Origin: Octopus sinensis
Taxonomy: Eukaryota
NCBI RefSeq assembly: GCF_006345805.1
Contig: NW_021832588.1
Location: 1 to 59,478, forward strand
Reading direction: 5' to 3'
Length of the DNA stretch: 59,478 nucleotides
The notes under the pieces were generated by a model. That model was not told the DNA's origin, did no database searches, and saw nothing but the letters and a program-made list of their open reading frames with translations. Position numbers and translations under genes: made by a program. Position 1 is the stretch's first letter. Each line of letters opens with the position of its first letter. Shown one piece after another: positions 12,937 to 25,059 of this stretch.

Positions 12937-13389
12937 AATAAAGAGGGACAGAGAAAGTTGCCAGGTGTAAATATGATTTACAGGCAAGAAATTGTTTTAA
13001 ACAAAAAAATGTCAAGAGCAAGGATGAATTTCGCTATAGATAGGTTGTAAGGAACAAGCATATGTATAACTGGCTGGTTACGTCTATATAACTATATACA
13101 AACGCATTTGCATGTATACATCTTTATATACAAGTACATAGATACATACATACATATACTTACACACACACATACATATACATACATATATACATACATA
13201 AATACATATATATATATATAGATATACATACATATATATATATATATATAGATACATACATATATACATGTACATTTATGTAAGAATATGTATTTTATGC
13301 AGGTAAATTGGCCAAAATTGTTTAGTTTGTGCATAAATACATACGTACGTACATACATAAATGTATAAACACACATATACATATATATG

Positions 13390-13431
<42 letters not shown>

Positions 13432-13457
13432 GTATACATACATATATATATATATAT

Positions 13458-13515
<58 letters not shown>
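12860..13515. repeat. (GA)n, (TACA)n, (TA)n, (GATA)n microsatellite cluster
   Basis: Directly visible. Confidence 0.85.
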
Positions 13516-13527
<12 letters not shown>

Positions 13528-14327
13528 AGATAAGCATATGCGTACATAATATATATACACAAAAATGTTTGCATGCATGTATATGTGTGTATATGTGTAC
13601 ACACTCACAAATACACAAGCATATATATGTATAGATATTTGGACCAGCTGTGATAACCAAACAATGCCGTCGAACAGCTTCAGTAAGTTGGAATGGAACC
13701 AAATGCAAACGATAGCGAAAATTGCTAATTGGAATCTCAAACGTTATATTTCTTCGCTGTTCAGGTAAACGTAAAATGTTTCTCAAACCCAGAAGGGCAT
13801 AAAAACATAGCAACGAAAATATAATTATTTCCTGGTGGTGGGTCGAATGATTGAGATAATATTATATATGTGTAAAACTGGGTGATAAAGCCTATTATAA
13901 TGAGTGAAAGCTATGGAAAGAAACAAGACAAACGGAGATAATGAGAGAGGAACAGAGAGGGAGGCATTGAAGGTGTGAAGATGGGGAAAAAAAATGCAAG
14001 CAATATAGAGTCGTAAACAAGGGGAAGATAAATCTTGCAGGATACATATAGTCATGGAAAGAGAAGGGGACTGACTGCAGATATCTTTTATCTTTTTTTC
14101 TTATATACTTTAATTGTTTCAATCGCTGAACTTCAGCATCGCTGGTTACAATACCTTGCAGGGTTTGCGGCGAATAAATAAAAAAGAAAAATTCGATCCT
14201 AGTGCTTCTTTGTACATGTCTGGGTCTTAGGGTATTTTCCCCTTCTACCGGCCTGCTACTTCACGGGGAAGTAAACAAATACCTGTTGTTAAGCGGGATG
14301 AGGTTGGGGTCAAACACATGGATTTGA

Positions 14328-14328
14328 A

Positions 14329-14422
<94 letters not shown>

Positions 14423-14431
14423 CCTACCTAC

Positions 14432-14500
<69 letters not shown>

Positions 14501-14501
14501 A

Positions 14502-14555
<54 letters not shown>

Positions 14556-14556
14556 A
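14328..14556. repeat. (CTAT)n tetranucleotide microsatellite
   Basis: Nearly pure array of about 57 units. Confidence 0.95.
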
Positions 14557-14972
14557 AATACAAACCTTGACTCTGCAACACTGTATATAAATTCCCTACT
14601 GGGAATGACCAAGTTTAAAAATCTGTTGGATCTCACTCATAAGGGAATCTTACATTGCTTATAAACTCTATATTTGGAAGGACTCATATTAAACTCTGTT
14701 GGACTTTTGGATTTTATTCAAAGGATATTGGAATATTGCATATACACAATTATACCTATAAAACGGATTTACGAATTCAATACCCATACATATCTTACAT
14801 CTAATTTCTTTCCTCCACCTCACTCTCTATTTTGTATCACATCGAAACTAACTATGACTTAATTTTTCCTCTCACACCGTCTCCTAGAAACAGCTGTAAG
14901 ACCATCTATCTATAAATGCTCTAATATCTATACAGCTGTTTTTTTTTATCTTATTACGCAAAAATTTCTTAC

Positions 14973-15027
<55 letters not shown>

Positions 15028-15450
15028 TATTAACGTTAAGCACAAGGGCGTACTAGGTGCCCAGCGAGTTAGAAATAGGAGTGACGTGCTTGAAGTTTTA
15101 CGTGCGGAATTTGAACTCAGAACGTAAGGACGGACGAAATACCGCTAAGCATTTGGTTGAGGTAGCTGTCAAGGAAGAAAATGGTCCTGTGTATTCTCAT
15201 CGAGAGACAAAGCAGCAACTTCTTTGTTAGAGTTCAGGTGGGGTAGATTAGATTGAAGGAGAGGGTGGGTGCTACGTATGTGCTCAACACACCTCTCGAG
15301 GAATATGTATACATATTTTACTTACATCTCCCTTACAAGCGCGAGCGCTGGCACAGACACAGACACAGACACACACACACAAACACACGCACACACACTC
15401 ACACCCACTCACAAACTCTCACACTGAAATACATGCACACACATATAATG

Positions 15451-15491
<41 letters not shown>

Positions 15492-15494
<3 letters not shown>

Positions 15495-15653
15495 GGTCCC
15501 GGGTTGAGTCGGGGTTAACCACAGTAAATAAGGTACTCAATACATAGCAGAGTAAATTAATTTATTTTATACAGGACTAGAACTGTTTCATTCAAATGAA
15601 ATCATCAGGAAGCCCTAATGATTTCATTTGAATGAAACAGTTCTAGTCCTGTA
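15492..15653 (-). mobile_element. Probable PLE pseudo-LTR fragment with a perfect 36-bp foldback and hammerhead-like core
   Basis: Arms 15570-15605 and 15618-15653 are exact reverse complements; minus strand reads CTGATGA-TTTCATTTGAAT-GAAAC; one end abuts (TA)n. Confidence 0.5.
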
Positions 15654-15672
15654 GAAGCTCCTTCTATATATA

Positions 15673-15757
<85 letters not shown>

Positions 15758-17136
15758 CATATATATACACACATATATATATACATGTATATGTGCATAC
15801 AGATATATGCATATATATATGTGTCTGTATGTGTGCGTGTGTGAGTGTGTGTATGACTGTGTGAATACACAAAGACATATATATATATATGGTGTTTAAC
15901 ACATTATATATATAAACGTATATATTTATGCTCATGTATATTTATATATATGTAGGCATGCGTATATATGTGTGTTTGTGTGTGTGCGTATGGATGTGTA
16001 TGAGTGTGTGTTTGTGTGTGAATGTGTGTGTTTCTGTGTATGTATGTGTGTGTGTGTGTGTGTGTATGTGTGTAAGCGCGCATGTGTATTCAAGCTAAAT
16101 TACGAGAAGAAAAGAGCAAGACATAAAGACTGAAGGGTAGACAACCAGAAAAGTGAGGAATAGGCAAGTAAAATATTAAACAAAGAATAGAATAGCCCAA
16201 TATCCCTCGTTAATCTCCGGTTGGGTATTGTTGGACATTCTGTCTTTATATTCCTTCTTGATTTTAATCTCCTGGTTCTGAACTACAGTGGAAAGTTAAT
16301 TCCATGGGATTATAGTTTCTACACGGTAAAATACAAAGCTAGAAATCCCGAAAAGATGTAATATACGACGAAATATTATATGGCTTTCATTGATACCATC
16401 GTTTGATATTCCTTACAATGACTCTTTCTGGTATTTTAACCGCAGCTGTTTTGGCTGGTTGCAACTATTGCTGTGTCATAGAATATCAACAACAAAAAAT
16501 TTTAACAGAAAATAAGGGATACGTTGAAGAAAAAAAATAGATGGGCGAAATATTTTACAGTTAAAAACAGTTTCGTGAGTAACAGGAACGAGAAATAGAG
16601 CTTTGTAATGTTGAGGAATTTGGAACAAGTGAAATAACCCCATCTCGTCGCTTCGTTAAACAAAAAATAAATAAATAAATAAATAGGATAAATAAAAACC
16701 TAAACAAACCAAAAAAGGGGAAAGAACGCATGTCAACAATTGTAAGTGGTATCTGAGTTGATCCGAAACACGGAGTTTCCGTCCGATGAAAGTTAGTCAG
16801 CAAAATAGATATTGACAAGGCAACGGGTGAATTACGAATATGATACAGGGATGTGGAGTGCCTGTCTGAGCCAAAGAAAATAACATCAATAACAACAACA
16901 ACAACAACAGTAAAGGCATCATGTTAAGCAGTTATTCAGGCTGCTAAAAATAGTAGTCAAATCATAACCTTAAACTGATCTTTGAACATAGAAATCTGCT
17001 CCCACTTTGTCAAATTGCGACACGTATCATTTCATTTTGTAACCTGTAGGTAACCTGGGGTTCAAGCAACTATTTATATATATATTTTTTTTGTTCTGTT
17101 AGAAGAAAAAAAATTAAAATCTATGCAAATTTACAG

Positions 17137-17535
17137 GGAGTGTCTGTGTAGTAAGTAGCTTGCTTACCAACCACATGGTTCCGGGTTCATCCACACTGTG
17201 TGGCACCTTGGGCAAGTGTCTTCTACTTTAGCCTCGGGCTGACCAAAGCCTTGTGAGTGGATTTGGTAGACGGAAACTGAAAAAAGCCCGTCGTATATAT
17301 GTATATATATATAATATATATGTGTGTGTGTGTGGTGTGTGTGTGTGTTTGTCCTCCAACATCGCTTGATAACCGATGCTAATGTGTTTACGTCCCCGTA
17401 TCCTAACGGTTCGGCAAAAGAAACCGATAGAATAAGTACTAGGCTTCCAAAGAATAAGTCCTGGGGTCGATTTGCTCGACCAAAGATGGTGCTCCGGCAT
17501 GGCCGCAGTCAAATGACTGAAACAAATAAAAGAGT
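17137..17535 (+). mobile_element. SINE family A (tRNA-headed CORE-type, internal TA/TG microsatellite)
   Basis: CCGGGTTCA B-box region, CORE-like CACCTTGGGCAAGTG, GGAAACTGAAA..CCCGTCGTAT, tail GACTGAAACAAATAAAAGAG. Confidence 0.9.
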
Positions 17536-17690
17536 AAATGTAGAACAAAATTACTTTTTACAGCAAAAATTAACTGTGGAGATCTTATATAATTCAGTCT
17601 TTTGACACCGTGTCCATCGATTGATAATAGGTAAAATCCATGGAAGTAACTACACGATACTTCAAGGAAAAGAAACAGCTAGACGGTCGG

Positions 17691-18436
17691 ATGATGAATT
17701 GCAACCACTTCTGTCTATAATACCTTTTCCCCGGCGCCTTGGGAGCAACAAACTACGAACGAAGTTGTATTTCGTTGCTGCAGTTGTGAATGATACTCCA
17801 ACTACCACATCAAAGTGTACTCCATCAGTTTGTGATTAAAAGATATTCGTGTTAGTTGGACTTGGAGACATGGGTTGCAGATGGTCTAATTTTGAGGAAC
17901 CAGATAATTTTTTTTTCATCCACAGTCCTTCGTCTCGAATCATTAAGAGCCAGGGGTGAAATAGGACCAGGATAGTTAGAAATAAGGCTTATAAAAGAGT
18001 AACAGTAACCCATGCATACGATTTTTGCCCTGTCCAAGCAACCGATACTGTCCTAGGGAAACGCATGATGAATTGCAACCGCTTCTATTATAATACATTT
18101 TCCCGGCGCTTAGGGAGCAACAAACTACGAACGAAGTTGTATTTCGTTGCTGCAGTTGTGCATGATACTCCAACTACCACATCAAAGTGTACTCCTTCAG
18201 TTTGTGATTAAAAGATATTCGTGTTAGTTGGACTTGGAGACATGGGTTGCAGATGGTCTAATTTTGAGGAACCAGATAATTTTTTTCTCATCCACAGTCC
18301 TTCGTCTCGAATCATTAAGAGCCAGGGGTGAAGTAGGACCAAGATAGTTAGAAATAAGGCTTATAAAAGAGTAACAGTAGCCCATGCATACGAGTTTTTC
18401 CCTGTCCAAGCAACCGATACTGTCCTAGGGAAACGC
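17691..18436. repeat. Tandem duplication, 374 + 372 bp
   Basis: Copy 1 17691-18064, copy 2 18065-18436; about 15 differences by eye; twin ORFs at 17852 and 18224. Confidence 0.92.
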
Positions 18437-19945
18437 AAAAAGCAATGCAGCCTAATACAAGCATAGTATCAGGAATTATCGTTAGAAGAGACAACAGTCA
18501 ACCAAAATTCTTAACGCATCGCATTCGATGCACTAACAATTTCAACATCTTTACCAACGCTGTGACTGGTTACTTTTTTCAACAATGAATGAAAAAATGA
18601 AGGACAAACTTAACTTCAGCGGGATGTGATTTCAGGTCACACAAACCCGGAACGTATACGAGAAGTTATACTATCCAAAATTCTAACGACCGCGAGATTT
18701 CGCTGTCGCTGAGACTAAACAACAATAATTACAGCAATATAAAGATATTTTAGGAAAGAATATCTAATATCTAGATTATTGTTCGGTAGATAATTTCCTT
18801 GATTAAATAGTGACTATACAAACCTCTGGGTGCAAAAAAGGCTATGTCTCTGTAAAGTTTGGTTTTAACGATGAAAATTATCAGATGGGTGTTTGGAGCG
18901 TCAGTATGTCTGTCATGGATCGGGGTATTTAAATTTGTAGATTTATCATAGATATTTTCTAACTGAATGTAATTTGAATAAAAAAACAAAGAAAGAAAGA
19001 AAGAATTGCTTAGAGAAATGAATTTGAAATATAATGACAACTGATAAAAAAGAAAATGGGTTGAAATTATAATGGTATTGTGTGAGAGTGTGATGGTATC
19101 GACGATGTTATTGGTGATGATTATGAGGATTATGATGAAAACATGAACGACGACAATGATATTGACGATGAGGATAACGATGACGATGATGTTGCTTACA
19201 TTAGCTCGTCTTAATTAGGATCGTACAAGTTCTCTAGATGTCTCTAAGCGGTAAAACAACCCGTGAAATTAAAAGATGTGTTTGGCTAGTATATACATAG
19301 CTGCCAACAACTAACACTGAAGATATATCAAATATTTGTGAATAACAAATCAAAATCTACGAATATACATAAGTCACAAATATACAATACTAGCAATTGC
19401 AAAACCCAGCAAACCCTATAAACTGCCAAATTATTAACGCAACCTCACTAATGATAAATTCGAACTCATCTTGGTCTAATTAAGTATAAGATCCTTATGA
19501 ACCATAATATAAATTAAGAGACAATAGAAACAACAAACTAGATATAAAACCATACGAGATAATGAAGGCTGCAATGGTCTGGAATACTTAAAAATATGAA
19601 AGGTTATCAGCGTTGGAATTAATCAATAGGTGTATCGTTATACAGTGGAAAATGGTCGCCAACCGGAGCAGCTTACAAATATTACACCGGCACATTGTTA
19701 CATATACGCGTGGTGTCGACTTGCGTTTGGATTAGGCTTTCTGGGCTGGGATTAATTAAGGATTTATACAAGTACCGCAATAATACAAACAAGAGCAGCA
19801 ATAATAAGGATAACTATCTCATTGATATCTATCGTCATTTGACTAGTTTTATAAGAGAAGCCCCTGTGCGATTACAAAATACCAGAAAGCGCAGCAAGAG
19901 CTCACTCAAAACAAACCCATACACTACAATATTTAATAGGCAAGA

Positions 19946-20333
19946 GGCGACGAAATGGCAGAAACGTTAGCACGCCGAGCAAATTGCTTAGTGGTATTTC
20001 GTCTGCCGTTACATTCTGAGTTCAAATTCCGCCGAGGCCGACTTTCGGAGCCGATAAATTAAATACCGGTTACGCACTGGGGTCGATATAATCGACTTAA
20101 TCCGTTTGTCTGTCTTTGTTCGTCCCCTCTGTGTTTAACCCCTTGTGGGTAGTAAAGAAATAGGTATTTCGTCTGTCATCACGTTCAGTGTTCAAATGCC
20201 ACCGGCGTCGACTTTGCCTTTCATCCTTTCGGGGTCGATATATTAAGTACTAGTTACGCACAAAAATCGATGTAATTGACTGATCCCTTCCCCCAAAATT
20301 TCTGGCTTTGTGTCTATAGTAGAAAGGAATATT
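19946..20333 (+). mobile_element. SINE family B, dimer
   Basis: Head GGCGACGAAATGGCAGAAACGTTAGC; junction AAATAG|GTATTTC at 20164; tail GTGTCTATAGTAGAAAGG. Confidence 0.88.
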
Positions 20334-20609
20334 TAAGAGGCAAGGACATTTTTGATAAATTAGTTTTATCTACACCAAGACTGTAAAAAAAAACCTTTTT
20401 AGTTGTGATATATAAAGTAGTGAGCTGGCAAGTTCAGACTCGGACTTGGCTCAATACAGCAGCAATAGGAACAAGAACATTTAAAGGTTTCTGTAAGCAA
20501 GAGAGTTAAACTTTTCCTAAACGAAAATTGAGAAGATAATAAAAAAGGAAATTGCTAAGATGTTGCTTGTAAATCTTCGCATATAACATCCATCCATCCA
20601 TCCATACAT

Positions 20610-20828
20610 ACTCTTTTACTCTTTTACTCTTTTACTTGTTTCAGTCATTTGACTGCGGCCATGCTGGAGCACCACCTTTAATCGAGCAACTCGACCCCGG
20701 GACTTATTCTTTGTAAGCCCAGTACTTATTCTATCGGTCTCTTTTTGCCGAACCGCTAAGTGACGGGGACATAAACACACCAGCATCGGTTGTCAAGCAA
20801 TGCTAGGGGGACAAACACAGACACACAA

Positions 20829-20859
<31 letters not shown>

Positions 20860-21030
20860 CATATATACGACGGACTTCTTTCAGTTTCCGTCTACCAAAT
20901 CCACTCACAAGGCTTTGGTCGGCCCGAGGCTATAGTAGAAGACACTCGCCCAAGGTGCCACGCAGTGGGACTGAACCCGGAACCATGTGGCTGGTAAACA
21001 AGCTCTTACCACACAGCCACTCCTGCGCCT
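20610..21030 (-). mobile_element. SINE family A, full-length
   Basis: Head GGCGCAGGAGTGGCTGTGTGGTAAG; 3' tail of three tandem 8-mers (plus strand ACTCTTTT x3, 20610-20633). Confidence 0.92.
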
Positions 21031-21654
21031 GTACATACATCCATCTATACATATTAACATACATACATACCTAGATACATGAATACACACATATATACGT
21101 ACACACGCACATGCATAGAGAACGTGGGAAATGAAAATGGAAATAACTAGCATTTCTTAAAAAATCTCTTCGTAAGTCTAAAGTTTAAGATTGAATACTT
21201 GACGACCCTCTGAGTGTTTTACAAAAAAAAAAAACAAAAAAAAAAGTGCCACCTGGTGTTTTTCTGTGTTTGAAAACAAAAAATATAATAACTAATGGTG
21301 TCACATTAAATAAACTAACGTGACACTTGAGCTGAAAAACATTCTTATGCTTTCTTCTTGGTGTACAATCTACATCTATTAGAATTAACATGTTGATCAT
21401 ATACTGTTAAAATGAAAATAAGTAGGACAAGGGAGGAGATAATAAAAAAAAAATTGTCGAATAAACGCAGCATCAAACTTCTCGTACAATAGATTGACAC
21501 TGCTCAGTACCGAAAATAGTATTTTAAAATAGCAGTCGAGAATTTGAGAAAAAATTTGTTATCTCTTTGTAAAAGAGGTACTGAAGTTTCTTTGACATTT
21601 ACGTTGTGTGTGGTGTGTTACGTGTATGTATGTATATATGTATATATGTATATA

Positions 21655-21698
<44 letters not shown>

Positions 21699-21984
21699 AT
21701 ATATGCATATATATCGAAACGCGGAGTAGATGAAACAGAGGCGACTGATGAAGGAGAATTTTCCTTGTGTTGTATGTCCTGTACTCTATTTTTTCGTTGT
21801 TTAAGAAAAATGTCCATTTCCTTGGTTTTGTGTTTGTTTTCGATTCTCATTGTGTTCGACGTTTGTTTGGTGTCCTGTACCCATATATGCATGTATATAT
21901 ACATGTAGATGTAGGTACGTACATATTTGTTTGTATATATGCATATGTTTTATTTATTAATTTGTTATTATATATATATAATCT

Positions 21985-22560
21985 CTTCCTTGCAGTATGT
22001 GGCCGAGGATTATCCTGATGGAAGAACATCTCTTGTCTTGATGCCAAAGACGATCGTTTTCTTTCTAGCGCTGGAGTTGATGAATGGTTGAATAACCAAA
22101 TCCAAGCTTCTCTGCTAGTTCCTCAACAGTTACAATGGAATTTGGTTCCACCGGGTTTTGCAGGTCGTCCTCGTCGAACTCTACAGATCTTCCCGGACGA
22201 GGCTCGTCTTCTAGGCTGTAGTTTCTGGCTCGGAATTTCTGGAACCACCGTTGATACTAGCTTACGCTTATTGTCCGATCCCCATATACTGCATTAATAT
22301 TCCTCGCACTTTCCGTTGGGTTGTTGCCTTTATTGAACTCAAAGCAAAATATGCCGAGAATGGTCTTTGTCACTTCCATTATAGCTTTGAAAATATAAAT
22401 GTTAAAATCGAATTGCACTCTTCAAAATTTGCACTAAGAATAAGTATAAGGTAAAATTACTAATTGCTTTTATAGAAAGTTGATGCAGGTTGTTTATCCA
22501 GTCCCCTTCCGACATTTAGTTCTTGCAGTTGAAAAACCACATTATTTAAGGGATAATCAA
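21985..22560 (-). mobile_element. Mariner transposon relic, internally deleted and truncated
   Basis: Minus-strand translation FEFNKGNNPTESARNINAVYG...QRWFQKFR.RNYSLEDEPRPGR...TVEELAEKLG (HTH region) joined to LASRQEMFFHQDNPRPHTAR (catalytic HxDNARPH motif); TIR-like end at 22531-22560. Confidence 0.85.
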
Positions 22561-22585
22561 AGAAATCAACATTATTATTATTAAA

Positions 22586-22657
<72 letters not shown>

Positions 22658-22751
22658 TAGTTTTATTTTTATAGCGTGCTTTCACTTCACTACCGAGCGC
22701 AGCTCTGTGTGCCTTGGGTATGTGCTGTGATTTGTTGTGATGCTCTGATGG

Positions 22752-23567
22752 TTATTGTATGGAAAGTGTTCTACGTAGGATGTGTGCAGTGCCTAGTAGT
22801 GCAATTTTCTGTATGTTATATGTGTTTGTAAGTCCTGGTGTTTTTGTTATGTATTTGTCTGAATATTTTTTTATTATGCCTAATGCACCTACTATGATAG
22901 GAATTGTTTCTGTTTTCAGATTCCACATTCTAGTTACCTCTATTTCCAGGTCTTTGTATTTTGAGAGTTTCTCCATTTCTTTTAGAGACACGTTGTCATC
23001 TGCCGGGATTGATACATCAATTAGAAAGCATTTTTTTTCTTCATGATCTCTGACAACTATATCTGGTCTGTTGGCCTTAATTTCTCTATCTGTGTGTATC
23101 GGCATATCCCAGAGTATGGTTGCTTTCTCGTTTTCTGTGACCTTTTCTGGTGTGTGCCCATACCATCTTTTTTCTGTTGTTATTCCATAATGTTGGCATA
23201 GCTTCCAATGTATGTAGGTTCCAACTCTGTCATGTCTGTGAATATATTCCTTCTTAGCCAGGACTGGGCAGCTAGAGATAATATGATTTATTGTTTCTTG
23301 TCCATCTCCACATATTCTGCAGTTACTTGTAATATTTCTTTTCATTACATGTTTTTGGTAATTTCTAGTGGGGAGGCTTTGGTCTTGTGCTGCAATTAAA
23401 AATCCCTCTGTTTCTGCTTTGAGTCCTGAGCTTCTCAACCATTGCTGGGATTTTTCTTTGTCTATTTCTTTTGTGTTTAGTTTAGTCCAGTATTTACCAT
23501 GAAGGGGCTTTTCTTGCCATCGTTTTATCATGGTTCGTTGCTGTTCTACTTTTAGTTTGGATTTCAT
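22752..23567 (-). pseudogene. C-terminal ORF segment of the Dong/R4 LINE (zinc knuckle + REL endonuclease)
   Basis: 271-aa ORF ending KIALLGTAHILRRTLSIQ with PD-(D/E)xK-type motifs. Confidence 0.9.
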
Positions 23568-24043
23568 TTGTTTTATAGCTTTTGTTGTTCTTCATCTTTT
23601 CTTCTTCTTCTTCATGTTTATTAGGTGGTATGATTTCTTGTTTGTATTGTCAGCTTCCTTAAATACTGAGAACAGTTTTGTTTTGCTCGTGTTTTGCCGC
23701 TATCTCGATCAGTTTTCCTTCCTTCTGAAGTAGATATTTTGCAGTCCTATGGTGGTTATTTTATAGTAGTTTTCCAGCTGTATAAGGCCTCTACCACCTT
23801 CTATACGTTGTATATATAGTCTTTCTATGTCAGATTTTGGGTGATGCATCCTAGATCCTGTCATTATTTTTCTTGTTTTCCTATCTATTTTGGTCAGTTC
23901 ATTTCGTGTCCAGTTAAGGATATTGTAGCTGTAACTTATAACTGGGACAGCTAAAGTGTTGATACCTATTATCTTGTTTTTAGCATTGAGCTCTGTTTTA
24001 GTATTGATCTAACTCGTCTATAATATTCTTTTTTTTTTTCTTT

Positions 24044-25059
24044 TCATTTGTGTGTGTTGTGTCTTATTAGTTCATGGATTAAGTATTTGTAAGTTTGGCT
24101 TTGGTCTAATTCTTTTATTTCATTGGTTTTATCTAGTGTGATGTTGTTACTCTTAACTAGTTTTCCTCTTTTCATGGTTACTTTGGCGCATTTTTCTAAT
24201 CCAAATTTCATATCTATTTCTTTGGTAAATCCATGAACTGTCTTTAATAGTGTTTCCAGCTGTTTGTCATTTGCAGCGTATAGTTTTAGGTCATCCATAT
24301 ATAAAAGGTGGCTGATCGTTTTGCCGGTAACATTTATATCCGCATCCAGTTCTATTTAGTATATCAGATAGAGGTGACAGTGCCAAGCAGAAAAGGAATG
24401 GGAGAGCGTGTCTCCTGGAATATTCCTCTTTTAATGGGGATGTCTTTGGTTTTCATGAGTCCCTCTTTTGTTTAGAGGTGTAGGACTGTTTGCCATTTAT
24501 TCATAGAGTGCTCTATGAATTTTATGATTGTTGGTGCTACTTTGTAAATGGCTAGTGTTTCGAGGATCCATGTGTGGGGGATGCTATCAAACGCCTTTTT
24601 GTAGTCAATCCAGGCCATACTGAGGCCTTTCTTCTTTCTGTGGCTGTCTTCAGTTATGGCTTTATTAATCATTAGTTGATCTTTACAGCCATATGAGCCT
24701 TTGCGGTATCCTTTCTGCTCTTCTGGGAACAGTTTGTTTTCGTCCAGGTGCTTGTTCAGCCTTTGCGATATCACTGCAGTAAATGCCTTGAACATAGTAG
24801 GGAGGCAGGTTATTGTTCTGTAGTTTTCTGGTTTTGCTGTTTCATTTGATTTGGGAATTAAGATGGTTTTCCCCTTCGTGAGCCATTCAGGCATTGTCTC
24901 TGGCTCTACTAGTATGTTGTTAAAGTTTTCAGCCAGCTTTTTGTGCATTCCTGTTAGATATTTCAACCAGAAGTTGGGGATCTTGTCATGCCCAGGTACC
25001 TTCCAGTTGCTTAGTCTTTGCAGTGCCTGGGTGACCTCTTCAGTTGTTATCGGGTCCAA
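24044..25059 (-). pseudogene. Reverse transcriptase domain of the Dong/R4 LINE, frameshifted
   Basis: ORF pieces 24472-25059 (NWK.PG.D, ILIPK, YR.ITCL, EEQKG, DYKKAFD) and 24044-24298 (MDDLKLY, KFGLEKC, YKYL). Confidence 0.9.

Noticed and set aside
13630-13768. Possible plus-strand exon ending CAG|GTAAAC
   Set aside because: Good donor but weak acceptor inside a microsatellite, and no recognisable peptide.
21716-21885. GAAACGCG...CTGATGAAGG segment between TA repeats as a type II hammerhead
   Set aside because: Stems I and II do not pair and the triplet is GGA. It may be a PLE-derived fragment, but I cannot support a fold.
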